64,000 nucleotides of DNA from a virus. The stretch covers positions 64,001 through 128,000 of IMG/VR virus record IMGVR_UViG_3300020057_000001, one strand, 5' to 3'. The notes below the pieces were generated by a model that worked only from the letters and a program-made list of their open reading frames with translations, did not search any database and was not told where the DNA came from. The translations under genes and the position numbers were made by a program. Numbering within the stretch: position 1 is the first letter of the stretch; each line of letters opens with the position of its first letter. Below, in pieces: positions 63,601 to 64,000 of the stretch.

Positions 63601-64000
63601 CAATAGAAAAAAACATCAGGCTGAGGCAAACAGCTCCGCAATGACCGACGTCTCTTCTCATAGGAGAGGAGCCTACGCCCCGCAGAATAGTGCAGCGGAA
63701 CGCCTGAAGGAACGTGCTGAGACAGTTAAAAAGCTAAAAGACCAAAGCGACCATAAAGACCGCCTCGTTCACATGATGGGCGAACAACACGGACCCGTAG
63801 GCGCTTCCGCAGCAAGCCATGTTTTTGAAGCAAACGCAGATCGTTATTCGTTATCGTTAAATCGTGACGACACCCGTGAAAAGGAACGCGTCGCAGGAAA
63901 AGCGAAGACCTATATTACGCATTACGGACAGACGCCCGAAGGGCACCACGTGTTTCTTCACCAGAACGCAGGATTAGCCCGTCTTATGGCAGTGCCTTCA
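60692..64000 (+). CDS. PcfJ-like + 26-aa repeat protein with an extra ParB-like module (paralog B; runs off the right edge)
   Basis: Not in the track (no stop in the window). GTG 60692 after GAGGAG. N-terminus near-identical to 58128. 13 repeats, then SPAITINGELADGYGRAHLAHALG (ParB-like) and LQKS, MKKS, LKKG motifs. Confidence 0.8.
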   Translation, partial: MEKLAKAGFTQLKQMFADSDDHDHVVKWAADSIKPNDMQSWYLRNYKQNPAIHTTENQEKIAHFSGMHGLSEDIKNVKLDKNDTLESGLAKYDQAEKKWQSSSGSRFTAPEGKKIVELGNGMGWYDLKKPVSSEEANCMGHCGNSGNPHEKDQIFSLRKEVKVGNKTYHEPMSTAIYNKGWLGEMKGRANSRPGEKFHEHYAALLKHPKIKGLIGAGHKPQENFHFDDLSPELQQQVKTANPAMVDLRSNAWDTATKYKATASVPKIKKYQHTVKDIHRSTELKDQLDQGHPMDALKSSDLRLVVDHPAFQKGHLDKLVKGIANQKGIKDVYSKLQAYGAIERSPHLNDQHIDHLIDSDEIANTAQLLRKKLNQSHVDSIVQKAPVMAAKQLKDHRLLNQSHVDHIVQKAPGMAAEYLNDHPLFNASHIDHIAQKYPSKAAGYLNDHPLFNQSHLDHIVQEYPNAAEYLKDHPLFNQSHVDSIVQTDPGMAAEQLKDHRLFNQSHIDRIAQESPYSAAEQLKDHPLLNQSHIDHIVQENPRVAAQYLNKHLLLNQSHIDHIVQQDPRLAASRLKDHPLFNQSHITHIVQQEPSEAAEQLKDHPLLNQSHIDHIVQENPRVAAQYLNKHLLLNQSHIDHIVQKEPSKAAYRLKDHPLFNASHVDHIVQNVPYSAVEALQNHPLLNQSHIDHLVQQVPHIAAEYLKDHPLFAEAVRRAEAKKVQKSEATAPLTKSEKNLKSVVQKLKRKATPQKPWNPESYGYDDGSDDVYNDIDDAVDHHNLSANRRMERYQEINPEHTEKMMDPSELIPSAHLPQTSGWLKQHPEQEWINRLKEQFPDRDFAHTLDKKNKKALSPAITINGELADGYGRAHLAHALGEHLPTYDYKRKLQKSIVGVPQMKKSNDLAQDLKKQGAKDPKAILQTQKEKEDLKKGDVVTLGAKIKAKIKAKKESSSTEASTVKRLSPEEQLANRKKHQAEANSSAMTDVSSHRRGAYAPQNSAAERLKERAETVKKLKDQSDHKDRLVHMMGEQHGPVGASAASHVFEANADRYSLSLNRDDTREKERVAGKAKTYITHYGQTPEGHHVFLHQNAGLARLMAVPS
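61805..62815 (+). repeat. 13 x 78-bp in-frame tandem repeat (one unit lacks a codon)
   Basis: Manual translation; units 7 and 10 are identical. Confidence 0.93.

Noticed and set aside
1-64000. Stop-codon recoding (alternative genetic code)
   Set aside because: Conserved genes are full length and densely packed under the standard code; TAA, TGA and TAG all end credible genes.

Overview
This window looks like part of a large lytic tailed (myovirus-like) dsDNA phage genome. It has no host housekeeping operons, rRNA, tRNA, CRISPR array or integrase. Layout: (1) 1-4.3 kb, minus strand: thyX (truncated by the window edge) and two multi-enzyme 'polyvalent' proteins (ADP-ribosyltransferase+ParB-like; Nudix+2xGNAT). 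(2) 4.3-14.2 kb, plus strand: five fibre/adhesin-like virion proteins, two with S74 auto-cleaving chaperone tails, plus a candidate structured RNA leader. (3) 14.2-46.1 kb, mostly minus strand: a replication/recombination/proteostasis block (MoxR AAA + vWA, ATP-dependent ligase, RecA/UvsX, ClpP, gp32-like SSB, HNH, primase, dCMP deaminase, helicase, family A DNA polymerase, SLT, SbcCD, DEDDh exonuclease, a GroEL interrupted by a class 3 intein, HTH initiator). Several sigma28/FliA-like promoters precede these genes. (4) An iteron + AT-rich origin-like region at the strand switch (46.1-46.8 kb). (5) 46.7-64 kb, plus strand: neck/head-type genes, dNMP kinase, class II RNR and three tandem PcfJ-like proteins carrying helical repeat arrays with hypervariable surface positions. 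The most striking candidates are: a family of probably head-packaged polyproteins punctuated by (L/M/V/I)xK(S/A/G) putative protease sites; paralogous repeat arrays that are diversifying like a binder library; an intein in the ATP-binding loop of a phage chaperonin; and a two-class promoter code (sigma28-like versus GTAAAAT). All calls come from motif recognition by eye; no searches were run.
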